A stretch of DNA of 63,212 nucleotides from a virus. Lineage: Duplodnaviria > Caudoviricetes. This document shows, piece by piece, positions 39,882 to 49,459 of this stretch. The stretch is from the IMG/VR virus record IMGVR_UViG_3300044638_007250, positions 1 to 63,212 of that record, one strand, 5' to 3'. A program made the translations under genes and the position numbers. Within the stretch, counting starts at the first letter, position 1. Each line of letters starts with the position of its first letter. Under the pieces are notes generated by a model. It did no database searches and was not told the origin of the DNA. It saw only the letters and a program-made list of their open reading frames with translations.

Positions 39882-40584
39882 TCACTGTTAGTTTTTCTCC
39901 TGACGGGGCCATAATAGTTTTGTTCATGTCTAATCTTGGTTCATTTTCATTCATAAATTTTCTGATGAATTTTGAATCCATAATTGGCATTGACTCAATA
40001 AATTTAGCAATCCCCGCCTTATCGGATGAACCATTTACTTCAACAATTTCTCTTTCCATTCTCCAAGTAACTCGTGGTACTGTTCTACCTTGTGGGTACA
40101 TTGCCGCCATGGAATTAATGTCCATGATTTCACCGTAAGTTAATGGTTTTAATTTAATAGTAGATTGTGACTTTGGTAAAAGTACCGTGAAGGTACCATC
40201 TTCATTTGATTTTTGGTTACCAACAATTGATAACTCATCTAACATTACAGTTGTTTGGAATGGTTTTTTAGTTGCAGGGTCAGTGACATTAATAGTCATT
40301 TCAGGACCAAACGCAGTATTTCTTAAAAAGATTAGAATTGCTTCAACGTCACCTTCAATTAAATCTTCAACTCTTACATCTGGCTCATAGATTTTTGCTC
40401 TTAACAAGGTCATTGTTAAATCATTTGCACCACCCATAAGAATGTTCTCATCGGAAGCAGTAAGATATCCAACCTTTAAGGTTTTCTTTTTATTTTTATA
40501 AAATATACCTTGTGAAGGTAACTGAACTACATCGTGTGGTAGTGTAAAATTTTCTTGACCGTAGTCTCTTGCTTGATTTTCCAT
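39841..40584 (-). CDS. Tail/baseplate hub assembly chaperone (T4 gp26-like)
   Basis: 247 aa; LPSQG.FY, LTASDENIL, D.EAILIFLR...FG, ends DFFRPFF; lies between tube and TMP. Confidence 0.75.
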   Translation of the reverse strand: MENQARDYGQENFTLPHDVVQLPSQGIFYKNKKKTLKVGYLTASDENILMGGANDLTMTLLRAKIYEPDVRVEDLIEGDVEAILIFLRNTAFGPEMTINVTDPATKKPFQTTVMLDELSIVGNQKSNEDGTFTVLLPKSQSTIKLKPLTYGEIMDINSMAAMYPQGRTVPRVTWRMEREIVEVNGSSDKAGIAKFIESMPIMDSKFIRKFMNENEPRLDMNKTIMAPSGEKLTVNVGFGVDFFRPFF

Positions 40585-40586
40585 AT

Positions 40587-40623
40587 AAAAAAATAACCGT
40601 AAAGTTTATTAGCTTTACGGTTA
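40587..40623 (-). terminator. Rho-independent terminator after tail tube gene
   Basis: TAACCGTAAAG/CTTTACGGTTA stem followed by T7 on minus strand, immediately before the next ATG. Confidence 0.75.
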
Positions 40624-40656
40624 AATATAAGTGAGTATGATTTTATGTAAATAGTA

Positions 40657-41145
40657 TTAGTATACTAACACACATCTATCCATTCTTAAAGAAGCTGTGA
40701 TATCCGCCAACGCATCTTGACTATAAGATAACGCTCCGAAGTTAACATCAGTTAAGAAAGTTCCATAAAGAATCCATTTCTCAACAACAACTCCTGTAGG
40801 GTCCAACATTTCAAGGTCGATGTCTTTTTTGTAACCCGCAGCATAACCCATACGACCTGTCACTGATTCAGCGTGTAAACGAACCCACTCCATAAGTGCT
40901 TGAGCAGCAGACGGTCCAATAGGGTCACGGAACTTAACACTAATTGGGTCCCAGTTAAATCTACCTGCAACGAATGTAGATGTGTTTAAGAATTGTATTT
41001 CAGTTGCACCAATCTTAATAGATGGTCTTGAAGCGCTTTCAACAAACCACTCGTTGATACCCAAACTTGACGGAAACCTTAAGATGAAACGGTTCTGGCG
41101 TTTCGGTTCGTAAGGTATCGGCATTTTCATTAATAAATCAGCCAT
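40657..41145 (-). CDS. Tail tube protein (T4 gp19-like)
   Basis: 162 aa; EPKRQNRF, W.PISVKFRDPI, YKKDIDLEMLDPTGVVVEKW.L.G.F. Confidence 0.9.
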   Translation of the reverse strand: MADLLMKMPIPYEPKRQNRFILRFPSSLGINEWFVESASRPSIKIGATEIQFLNTSTFVAGRFNWDPISVKFRDPIGPSAAQALMEWVRLHAESVTGRMGYAAGYKKDIDLEMLDPTGVVVEKWILYGTFLTDVNFGALSYSQDALADITASLRMDRCVLVY

Positions 41146-41242
41146 GTTATTTTAATTTTGTTTTTTTTGTTTTGTTTATTTCTATAAATATACTCTTGTT
41201 AAAAATTTTTTCTCTTTACTTTTATTTTGTTAAGGTTATTCA

Positions 41243-42082
41243 TTACTTATATTCCTTCTTAACGCCACCAGCAGTAGAATAAGTTTTAACTATATTATCT
41301 GGTTTATCTTTAAAATGTTTACTCATTACTTCTACATTTCTAACATCATCATCTGAAAATCCAATTATAGGTTGCTCTGGAACGAAATTATTTGAAATGT
41401 CATTTTTTACAAACGCCTTTTTACTTAATAAATTCGCCATTCCTTTAATATAAGAAACGAAATCTTCCATTGCACGAACCTTAGCTTCTTCAGGGTTGGC
41501 AGCTCCTTTTTCATCACCAAACGACACTGGATGATATTTGTTGAGTTCTAAATACGACTTGATTAATTCATCGTCCGTCATATCGTCTTCGTCTACAAAC
41601 GTCCTGTATTTTTTAAGGTTCTTAACTAGTTGGTCCTTATCGATACCATTAAATCCGTCAATAATATAATTGTAAACAGCTTGTTTTAAAGTGTTGGGGT
41701 TATGACCTCTTGCAGTTATGATTGAAAATATTGAACCGTTATTAATTGCTTCTCTAAAGTCATTAAATGCTGGACCAAGTTTTGCTCTCATTGCATCAAC
41801 TAAGAAATCTTTATCACCCGCAGTTCTGAAGTTTTTGAACGGGTCTTCACCAAATCCTACAATAGTGTCTCCGTTGTATTCAAAATCTTCTTTTCCGATT
41901 TTACTTCTATATTCCGCAAAATCGTCTGTACTCATACCAACTTCATCACCATCATCAGTCTTTAATATTATCTTTGTTGGCATGTGAACAATATTGTCGT
42001 CCCAATCAAACGCATAATATTTCATATCTGGTGTTCCTTCACCTTTAAATCCCTCTCTAAGTTGTCTTTTCATATTTGGCAA
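41243..42082 (-). CDS. HAD-superfamily phosphatase-like protein (true start probably ATG at 42073)
   Basis: FDWDDN (motif I), ITARG (motif II), K, FSDDD..N (motif IV). Confidence 0.65.
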   Translation of the reverse strand: MPNMKRQLREGFKGEGTPDMKYYAFDWDDNIVHMPTKIILKTDDGDEVGMSTDDFAEYRSKIGKEDFEYNGDTIVGFGEDPFKNFRTAGDKDFLVDAMRAKLGPAFNDFREAINNGSIFSIITARGHNPNTLKQAVYNYIIDGFNGIDKDQLVKNLKKYRTFVDEDDMTDDELIKSYLELNKYHPVSFGDEKGAANPEEAKVRAMEDFVSYIKGMANLLSKKAFVKNDISNNFVPEQPIIGFSDDDVRNVEVMSKHFKDKPDNIVKTYSTAGGVKKEYK

Positions 42083-42110
42083 ATAAAGGGGGTATGATTA
42101 GTACCCCCGT
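42081..42110 (-). terminator. Rho-independent terminator after sheath gene
   Basis: GGGGGTA/TACCCCC stem then TTTATTT on minus strand. Confidence 0.7.
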
Positions 42111-42117
42111 TAGTTTA

Positions 42118-45100
42118 TTAAATGTTTTCAAACGAAGCTCCTGTTGGAGTAATGAAGAATTCGATATCTATGAATTCTAATGCCTTCGTAGGTTTTAAGT
42201 AGATTTTACCTGTTAATGTATTTCTATCTAAGTCTTCAGGTGAAGATGATACGGTTACACGGAAATCGTATAAACCTCTGTCTCTTCTGATTGAATCTAA
42301 GATAGGGTTAACACTATCCAAGAATTGTTGTCTTACAATCTGGTCGTTTTGTTCGAACAATAATCTTACCGCTACTGCTGAAATCAACTTACGAGCTTGA
42401 AGTAATAATCTTCTTACGTTCAATCTGTTAAGTGCTGTGTCAGCAACTTGTAAAGTTTTGTTACCCCAAATTACAGTTCCAACATCAGAGAAAGTTGCGA
42501 TAGGGTTGATTCTACCTTGATACAATGTATCTCTGTCAGTTTGTGTAAGTTTTTGTCTAGCTTTGATTGAGTTTACGAGACCTCTTGTGTAACCCGCAGA
42601 TGCGAACCAAGGGAATGAAATGTTATCGGTCAATGCCAAGTTTCTACAAACCTCACCCGTTGGTGGTAAGTAAATTTGTGTATTGTTTACAGTATCTCTT
42701 GTTAAAATCCAAGGATAGTAAGTTGCAGTATAGTTAGAGTCGATACCTGTGTTATCCAAGTTGTCAACCGCTTCTTGTGAGTAAATGATGTCCTGAGGAT
42801 TTGAAGCATCAGGTGTATACATTCTGTAATCAGGAGTAGTACAGATATAAACTGAATCTGCTCTTGAGTATTGTACCATGTCAATTGCCTCTTCTACAAG
42901 ATTAGAGTTGTTAACATAATCGATACTTGCAGTTGCAAATATGTTAATGTTTGTCGCTTCAGGATTAGCAAACGTTAAGATACCAAGTAAGTATGCGTAG
43001 TAGTCAGTGTTTGCAAAATCCTGAGTATTGTTTTGAACAACAATTCTCTTAAACATACCGTCACCTGTTGCAGTTGGGTATCTTGATGATGGAAATGCAC
43101 CTGCCAAATAACCTGACGCTCCCAATTGGAATCTGTCTTCGTTAGTTCTCCATTCTCTGTAGATATCCCATCCGTCAAATCCACCAGCAAAACAGATAGT
43201 GAATTTTCTTGAGTAGATAAAGTAGTATGGATTTTCTTGAGTTGCTGGGTCTTCTCTAAATTCTGCAACACCACATTCAAACGCGGTTTGACCACTTGAC
43301 ATTGAACTATTAGAAATAGTTACAACAGTTGCTCCTGAGTCCATGTGGAAACCTTTACTTAATACATTCCATTTAACTGAATCAGTTGCAGTTTCCCAAC
43401 CTGTTTGTGGGTTTTGTTTTCCTTTATAAGTTAAGAATGACTCATCAATACCATATTGAGTTGAGAAACCTAAGTAAGTTCTTCTTACAATATCTCCTGG
43501 TGATTCAACAGAGTTAGAACCTCCAGTTGCAGTACCGAATGGTGGGTTAGCAATAACTTCACCTGGATAGTCATACTTAGTTTTGAATTTAGGATATGGT
43601 GATGGGAATTCAGTAACGTCAGAATATTCTCTTTGTGTGTATCCATAGAAACCACAAGGTAATGCGTCAATCGGAGCTTCGTCAGCCATCTCAACCATTA
43701 TGTATTTTGAAATTAATGCAAACTCACCGTTAGATGAACCAATTTTCTTAGCAATAAAGTTATTTGACGCTGGGTCCATGTTACAGTTTGTAAATTTCTC
43801 AATAACCACAGGGTTAGCATCAGTATCAAAGAAGTTTCTTACGAATACGTCAAAAGACATATTGTTATATGACATGTTTGCCAATGAAACTTTAATTTCA
43901 GTGTTTGCCGAGTCACCATCAGAAATTGAAATGAACTTAAATAAGTTATAAACTTTGTTACCTCTTAATTCTGAAACGATATATGGTGTTTCAGGTGATT
44001 GGTATCTTTCTAAATTCCAAGCAATTGACTGACTTGATTGACTTCTTGCACTTGGTAATGCAATTAATTCTGAATTTAAACCTCTGATGTAACCTTGGTT
44101 GTAAGCGTAATTCAAACTACCTTGGTAAACCTCTTCAACATATATAGGTGTTTCAAATCTTGATTTTCCAAAGTTATCAACACCTAATACTTTAGTTATG
44201 TATTTTGCCGATAATGCCGATAATGAAGTTTCAAATGCGAAAACATCATTATCTTTTGTAACACCTGATAATAAGAATGTTGCAAAAGGTGAATCTGTAA
44301 TTCCTGAGTATTGACCCGTACTTACAATTTGTAAATTATTCGGTGCCCAAGCATTATTGTTATTGTAATCGATACCCACTTCGTAAACAGGTCCATGGTT
44401 TTCACTTGTTGAACTATTTGAGTATAATGAAATACCTCTTGAACGAATAGTACCTACAACCATATTATTGAATTCAGTGTAAGCAGTTCCTGTGAAACTG
44501 TAACTTTCACCTGTAATAGTTCCTGTAAATGTACCTGTACCTCCTGTAGTTAAAGTATCTACAACATAATAGAATGAATAACCTGTATATGCATTTCCTG
44601 ATGAAATGTCAAAGTTAGCGTAGAACCAAGGGTCGTTTGTCGCTGAAGATAAATCATTATCGTTAAAAGTATTAACACAATTGTAAGGGTCAGTAACCGC
44701 ACTATATGTTGTTGTTAAAGTGTCGTAATCCGCATTAGGTATTGCACCATAAACAACCGCAGTTGTTGACGATAATGATGGAGTGTCAATTATTTGACCT
44801 AAATATGCGTCAAAGTCTCCTTGTAATGTTGATGTTGAACCATCAGCTACTCTATATTGTAAGTTCAAGTTTGCTTGAACTTGAGCAGGTAAAGCTCCTC
44901 CAATAAAAGTAACCGTACTTCCTGATGCATCACCTGTAAATGTTGCAGTGAAAGTTGTTGCGTTTGATGGGTCACCGATTGTTGTTGGGTCAACATTGGC
45001 AATTAATGATAAACTCCAAGATGGACCCGCATCATAACCTGATAATCCCAATACTCTAGTTACAAACAATTGGTTTGATTGTTGCAAGTACGACTTGGCA

Positions 45101-45348
45101 ATATAAGCCGCTTCGTATTTAGGAATTTGAGTGTTATAAAACTTAACGGGTTCAGTCCCTCCAAAATATGCTTGGAACTCATCGTAGTTTGTTATGAATA
45201 CTGGTTCGAATGCTGGACCTCTTAAGGTTTCCCCTACAATACCTAATGTAGTAACCCCCACACTTTGGGCTACAAAAGATAAGTCGGTTTCAGATGTGTA
45301 TACGCCTGGTGATACGAATACTTTTTGATTTGCTTGTGCTGTTGCCAT
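42118..45348 (-). CDS. Tail sheath protein
   Basis: 1076 aa; FVSPGVYTSETD, YYPW, PWFASAGYTRG, LYQGRINPI, WGNKTL, NVRRLL, IYLKPTKALEFI. Confidence 0.95.
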   Translation of the reverse strand: MATAQANQKVFVSPGVYTSETDLSFVAQSVGVTTLGIVGETLRGPAFEPVFITNYDEFQAYFGGTEPVKFYNTQIPKYEAAYIAKSYLQQSNQLFVTRVLGLSGYDAGPSWSLSLIANVDPTTIGDPSNATTFTATFTGDASGSTVTFIGGALPAQVQANLNLQYRVADGSTSTLQGDFDAYLGQIIDTPSLSSTTAVVYGAIPNADYDTLTTTYSAVTDPYNCVNTFNDNDLSSATNDPWFYANFDISSGNAYTGYSFYYVVDTLTTGGTGTFTGTITGESYSFTGTAYTEFNNMVVGTIRSRGISLYSNSSTSENHGPVYEVGIDYNNNNAWAPNNLQIVSTGQYSGITDSPFATFLLSGVTKDNDVFAFETSLSALSAKYITKVLGVDNFGKSRFETPIYVEEVYQGSLNYAYNQGYIRGLNSELIALPSARSQSSQSIAWNLERYQSPETPYIVSELRGNKVYNLFKFISISDGDSANTEIKVSLANMSYNNMSFDVFVRNFFDTDANPVVIEKFTNCNMDPASNNFIAKKIGSSNGEFALISKYIMVEMADEAPIDALPCGFYGYTQREYSDVTEFPSPYPKFKTKYDYPGEVIANPPFGTATGGSNSVESPGDIVRRTYLGFSTQYGIDESFLTYKGKQNPQTGWETATDSVKWNVLSKGFHMDSGATVVTISNSSMSSGQTAFECGVAEFREDPATQENPYYFIYSRKFTICFAGGFDGWDIYREWRTNEDRFQLGASGYLAGAFPSSRYPTATGDGMFKRIVVQNNTQDFANTDYYAYLLGILTFANPEATNINIFATASIDYVNNSNLVEEAIDMVQYSRADSVYICTTPDYRMYTPDASNPQDIIYSQEAVDNLDNTGIDSNYTATYYPWILTRDTVNNTQIYLPPTGEVCRNLALTDNISFPWFASAGYTRGLVNSIKARQKLTQTDRDTLYQGRINPIATFSDVGTVIWGNKTLQVADTALNRLNVRRLLLQARKLISAVAVRLLFEQNDQIVRQQFLDSVNPILDSIRRDRGLYDFRVTVSSSPEDLDRNTLTGKIYLKPTKALEFIDIEFFITPTGASFENI

Positions 45349-45468
45349 TATTAAATTATTCTGTTACAGATTTATTTTATTGATAAATATTCAAGTTTTT
45401 ACGAAAAAACTTTACTTTTGTATAAGTATTTATAAACGGTATGAATTAATTCTGCCTTTTTTCTACCC

Positions 45469-45630
45469 ATGAAAACTAAGAAGGAAATAAAGAACATTAA
45501 AATATCCCCCGAATCACATGATATCCTAAAAAAGTACTGTGATAAACGTGGAATTAAGATTTATAAGTTTTTGGAAAATTTGATTATTGAAAAGTGTAAA
45601 GAAAAGAAAGATATCTATGGAGAAGATTAA
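45469..45630 (+). CDS. Small ribbon-helix-helix DNA-binding protein (not in ORF track)
   Basis: 53 aa MKTKKEIKNIKISPESHDILKKYCDKRGIKIYKFLENLIIEKCKEKKDIYGED; beta-strand + two helices pattern; divergent from sheath. Confidence 0.65.
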   Translation: MKTKKEIKNIKISPESHDILKKYCDKRGIKIYKFLENLIIEKCKEKKDIYGED

Positions 45631-46670
45631 ACTAACTTGTTTTCGAATAGTATGTTGGATGGTAGAGAATTATTATCTTTTGTAACTTCAATCCTCAAAA
45701 CATCATTTGTGGTAATTTCAATTCTTTGTAAATCACTACCATAATAATCACCATTAATATAAACATCAAACGTATCTACATTATCTGTAGATATTAAAGT
45801 CATATTTGCCGTAAAGTCAATTATGTCATTTAATATTGTATTTCCCGAAACAAATAAAAATGGCATTTCAAAAGTGTCAGGATTTTCAGGATATTTTTCT
45901 CGTCTTTGTTTTCTTAATGATGTATCAACTTCAATAAGTTGTGTCATTCTTTGTATTGCTGGTTTTACCTCAAATTCTTCTTCATCTATTAAGTAACCCA
46001 ACATAGTAAAGTCGTAACTCTGAACATAATACTTTCTTGAATCCATATTCATCTGCGATTCATCGGAAACATTGTTCATTATGATTGGGACGTATTGACC
46101 CTTAATAAATGTATATGCTTGTCTTGATGAAAAAGTTTGCATCACAATTTTATTTAATTGGTTCAACTCTCTCATTCTATTGCAAATGATTTTAACTTGA
46201 TAGTTGATATCAACAGGAACAGGTTGTGGTATTGTGTAGATATCCATACCTTGTTCGTTTCCGTTCCATGTTGGAACTGAGGCATAATAGAATTGTTTTC
46301 TATTTGGAATTGTATATTGAAGTGATGGGTTTGTACCGTACTTAACTTCAGGTGTTCTAACTACTGTAATAAATGGCGGGGACGGGTTGTAATCTAAATC
46401 CACAAACTTCCACGTTTCTAAATATTGTGTCCAGTTTTGACTTGTAATGATAATATCCAACAAAGGTACAACTTTACCTGCAGTTACAACTTCAAGTTCT
46501 GTCTTGACAAAATCGAGCATACCCCTATCCAAATCAGCATGTAATACTGATTTAGGTAGATATGTTCCATCCTCCTTAATATATTCCAAAAGTTGTTCTC
46601 TACGTTCAGATAAAACTTTTTTTGGAACTAACGGTAATGTTGGTTTGACAACTGTTCTTGGTAGTGGCAT
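45627..46670 (-). CDS. Tail terminator / sheath stabiliser (gp15-like)
   Basis: 347 aa; PQPVPVDINYQV; position between neck and sheath genes. Confidence 0.6.
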   Translation of the reverse strand: MPLPRTVVKPTLPLVPKKVLSERREQLLEYIKEDGTYLPKSVLHADLDRGMLDFVKTELEVVTAGKVVPLLDIIITSQNWTQYLETWKFVDLDYNPSPPFITVVRTPEVKYGTNPSLQYTIPNRKQFYYASVPTWNGNEQGMDIYTIPQPVPVDINYQVKIICNRMRELNQLNKIVMQTFSSRQAYTFIKGQYVPIIMNNVSDESQMNMDSRKYYVQSYDFTMLGYLIDEEEFEVKPAIQRMTQLIEVDTSLRKQRREKYPENPDTFEMPFLFVSGNTILNDIIDFTANMTLISTDNVDTFDVYINGDYYGSDLQRIEITTNDVLRIEVTKDNNSLPSNILFENKLV

Positions 46671-47083
46671 TATTCTTTTACTACAAATAGTTTATTTTGC
46701 GAATTAATCATGTCAACCTCTTGAGCGGTGTAGACAGGTTCTTCACTATTTTTATAAACAAACGAATCGTATTTATACGGATTATAAGTAACAACTTTAT
46801 CTGATGGTGGATTTGGAATATCCTCACAAGGGTATTCACAATAGTCTAATAATTTTCCAATTACAAATGCGTGAACGTTTTTTGATTTTTCTGAACGAAC
46901 TCGTTCTTTTCCACCTTTTCTAACTCTGAACTCAACATCACCCAATTTAACATAATCGGCATGCATAATTACTTTACTGTTGTAGGTTACAGAAAATGTG
47001 TGTTTGTGTAAATTATAATACACCATTACTTTCTTACCCAAAAATAAATTATCAAATTGAGATTCAGTTATTATTACTTGCAT
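46670..47083 (-). CDS. Conserved phage hypothetical protein
   Basis: 137 aa; VYYNLHK..FSV, KNVHAFVIG, VTYNPYK. Confidence 0.7.
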   Translation of the reverse strand: MQVIITESQFDNLFLGKKVMVYYNLHKHTFSVTYNSKVIMHADYVKLGDVEFRVRKGGKERVRSEKSKNVHAFVIGKLLDYCEYPCEDIPNPPSDKVVTYNPYKYDSFVYKNSEEPVYTAQEVDMINSQNKLFVVKE

Positions 47084-47607
47084 TATATTCCTCTAAATTC
47101 ATTCTCACTTACAAAAGTTGCGGTAACCGTTCTATAGAATGGTTTGTACCCACCGTAAGTGTGTTTGTTATCTGACCTTACATATCCATCATCACTAACA
47201 GAATAATATCTTACTCGGTCTTCAGTTTCATAGTAACCAATATAATCGCCCATGAATATTTCAACACCTAAGTCATCAAGAGTTTTTTGATAAATTGAAA
47301 ATTTCATATTACCTGGTTCTTGAATCTCGACTTTAGAATTTCCGTATAACTTATTTACGGGAGCCATAACTTGAACCAACCCTTTTAACTCGATAGGTGC
47401 CATGAATTGTATTCCGTCTTCAACTACTTCACCGTATACATTATCCTTTTTTGTTTTGTAACGGTCAATACGATACAATACGATTGTAAAATTCATATCA
47501 CCTTCCAACCATTCTTGTCCCATACCAATATCAAGGTCATAATCTTCACCACCGAAGAACATACCCAACCTTGTAATCGGAACCAATTTTTCTGACGTTT
47601 GTTTCAT
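47083..47607 (-). CDS. Head closure / neck protein (gp14-like)
   Basis: 174 aa; VLYRID...NVYGE...PIEL pattern; neck context. Confidence 0.6.
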   Translation of the reverse strand: MKQTSEKLVPITRLGMFFGGEDYDLDIGMGQEWLEGDMNFTIVLYRIDRYKTKKDNVYGEVVEDGIQFMAPIELKGLVQVMAPVNKLYGNSKVEIQEPGNMKFSIYQKTLDDLGVEIFMGDYIGYYETEDRVRYYSVSDDGYVRSDNKHTYGGYKPFYRTVTATFVSENEFRGI

Positions 47608-47663
47608 ATATTGATAAATACCTAAACATTTACTATATTTAAGTTATAATTTACTAATTTTAA

Positions 47664-49418
47664 ATGAGCGATGTTAGTTTAGAGTCAAAAGCGATGACGA
47701 TTCTTGAGTCCTATGAGGGCGGCAATAACTATATCTTGGAATTAAAACGCAAATCACAAGTTAATAAAAAGTTTTATCCAACAAGAAGCCAATCAGAATA
47801 TATTATCAATTTCCACGATAAACAACCAAAGGTTGCTAAAAAGTGGGTAATCCTTGATGCATACTTTGCACAGAAATTGGCTGACGATAAATTATATACC
47901 GAAATACCACAAAAGGTATGGGTTGAGAAGTTATTGGCAGATAAAGAGAAAGCTTACCACATTTGGGGTAAAGTTTTAGATAAAGAAGAATTTCACGATT
48001 TTTGGTTACCAAAAGCGGCAATCATTAAAGACAATTCAGTTAAAGATGTTGTGATTGATTATTCAAAATATTCTCACCGACCTCCACTTGAACATCAAAA
48101 AGAAGCCGTTCAAAAATTGGTGGAGAATAAAAAGTTTATTCTTGCTGATGACATGGGTCTTGGTAAAACCACATCTACAATCATCGCAGCTTTAGAATCG
48201 GGTTCTAAGAAGGTATTAATCATTTGCCCCGCAACATTAAAAATTAACTGGAAACGTGAGATTGAAAATTATTCTGACAAATCAATCTACATCGCAGAAA
48301 GTAAAAATTTCAGCACAGAAGCTGATTTTGTTATTATAAACTATGACATAATAAAAAATTTCCATGACCCTAAAAAGAAAGATGACTCTCAAGTTCTTGC
48401 TGCCAATTTTGATTTGGTTATTGTCGATGAAGCGCACTATATCAAAAATGCTACAGCGCAAAGGACGAAACTAATTAACGACATCGTTAAAAAAACTGAA
48501 CGACTTTGGTTGTTGACGGGAACACCAATGACATCACGACCAATCGACTACTTTAACTTATTAAGTTTAATTGACTCACCCGTTGCAAAAAATTGGATGG
48601 CTTATGCTATCCGTTATTGTTCAGGATACCAATTTAATGTTGGTGGAAGAAAAGTTTGGAACGTAACAGGAGCATCCAACCTTGAAGAATTAAGAGACCG
48701 AACTGTTGGTTTAACATTACGACGATTAAAAGAAAACGTTCTTGATTTACCTGACAAGATTATTACTCCCGTATATTTAAGATTAAAATCAAAGTCATAT
48801 GAAAATGTAATGGGTGAATACTACGATTGGTACGATAAAAACCCTGAAGAGTCCAAATCACTCACCGTACAGTTTTCAAAATTAACAAAAGTTAGACAAA
48901 TCATCGCAGATGAAAAAATTGCACAAACTATTGAACTCGCTGAAAACATTCTTGAACAAGACAAGAAAGTTATTATTTTCTGTAATTTCACTGATTCCTT
49001 AAATAAAATTACAGAACATTTTGGTAAATCCGCAGTTAAACTTGACGGGTCAATGTCAAAACCTGAACGTCAAAACTCTGTTGACCAATTTCAAGATAAC
49101 CCAAAAGTTAAAGTATTTGTGGGTAATATTAAAGCTGCAGGTGTCGGTATTACATTAACCGCAGCTGAAGCGGTAATCATGAATGACTTATCATTCTTAC
49201 CTTCAGACCACGCTCAAGCTGAAGACCGAGCATATCGTTACGGTCAAAAAAATAATGTTTTGGTTTATTATCCAATATTCGAAAACACAATTGAAGGTAT
49301 CATTTACGATATCTTAAACAACAAAAAACAAGTCATCGCCACCGTTATGGGAGACAACCAACACCCCGCCGATGCCGCAGAAGAAATACTACAAAGAATT
49401 AACGAATTGCGATATTAA
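47664..49418 (+). CDS. SNF2-family (SMARCAL1/HARP-like) helicase/translocase
   Basis: 584 aa; ADDMGLGKT, DEAH, LTGTP, GVGITLT, QAEDRAYRYGQ. Confidence 0.93.
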   Translation: MSDVSLESKAMTILESYEGGNNYILELKRKSQVNKKFYPTRSQSEYIINFHDKQPKVAKKWVILDAYFAQKLADDKLYTEIPQKVWVEKLLADKEKAYHIWGKVLDKEEFHDFWLPKAAIIKDNSVKDVVIDYSKYSHRPPLEHQKEAVQKLVENKKFILADDMGLGKTTSTIIAALESGSKKVLIICPATLKINWKREIENYSDKSIYIAESKNFSTEADFVIINYDIIKNFHDPKKKDDSQVLAANFDLVIVDEAHYIKNATAQRTKLINDIVKKTERLWLLTGTPMTSRPIDYFNLLSLIDSPVAKNWMAYAIRYCSGYQFNVGGRKVWNVTGASNLEELRDRTVGLTLRRLKENVLDLPDKIITPVYLRLKSKSYENVMGEYYDWYDKNPEESKSLTVQFSKLTKVRQIIADEKIAQTIELAENILEQDKKVIIFCNFTDSLNKITEHFGKSAVKLDGSMSKPERQNSVDQFQDNPKVKVFVGNIKAAGVGITLTAAEAVIMNDLSFLPSDHAQAEDRAYRYGQKNNVLVYYPIFENTIEGIIYDILNNKKQVIATVMGDNQHPADAAEEILQRINELRY

Positions 49419-49459
49419 CGAATTACGGATTATTTATATATAACGGATAATCCAATATT

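Noticed and set aside
13140-47607. Bacterial extracellular contractile injection system or prophage
   Set aside because: Interleaved phage replication genes and neck proteins, with no host housekeeping genes or integrase, point to a large lytic-type phage genome
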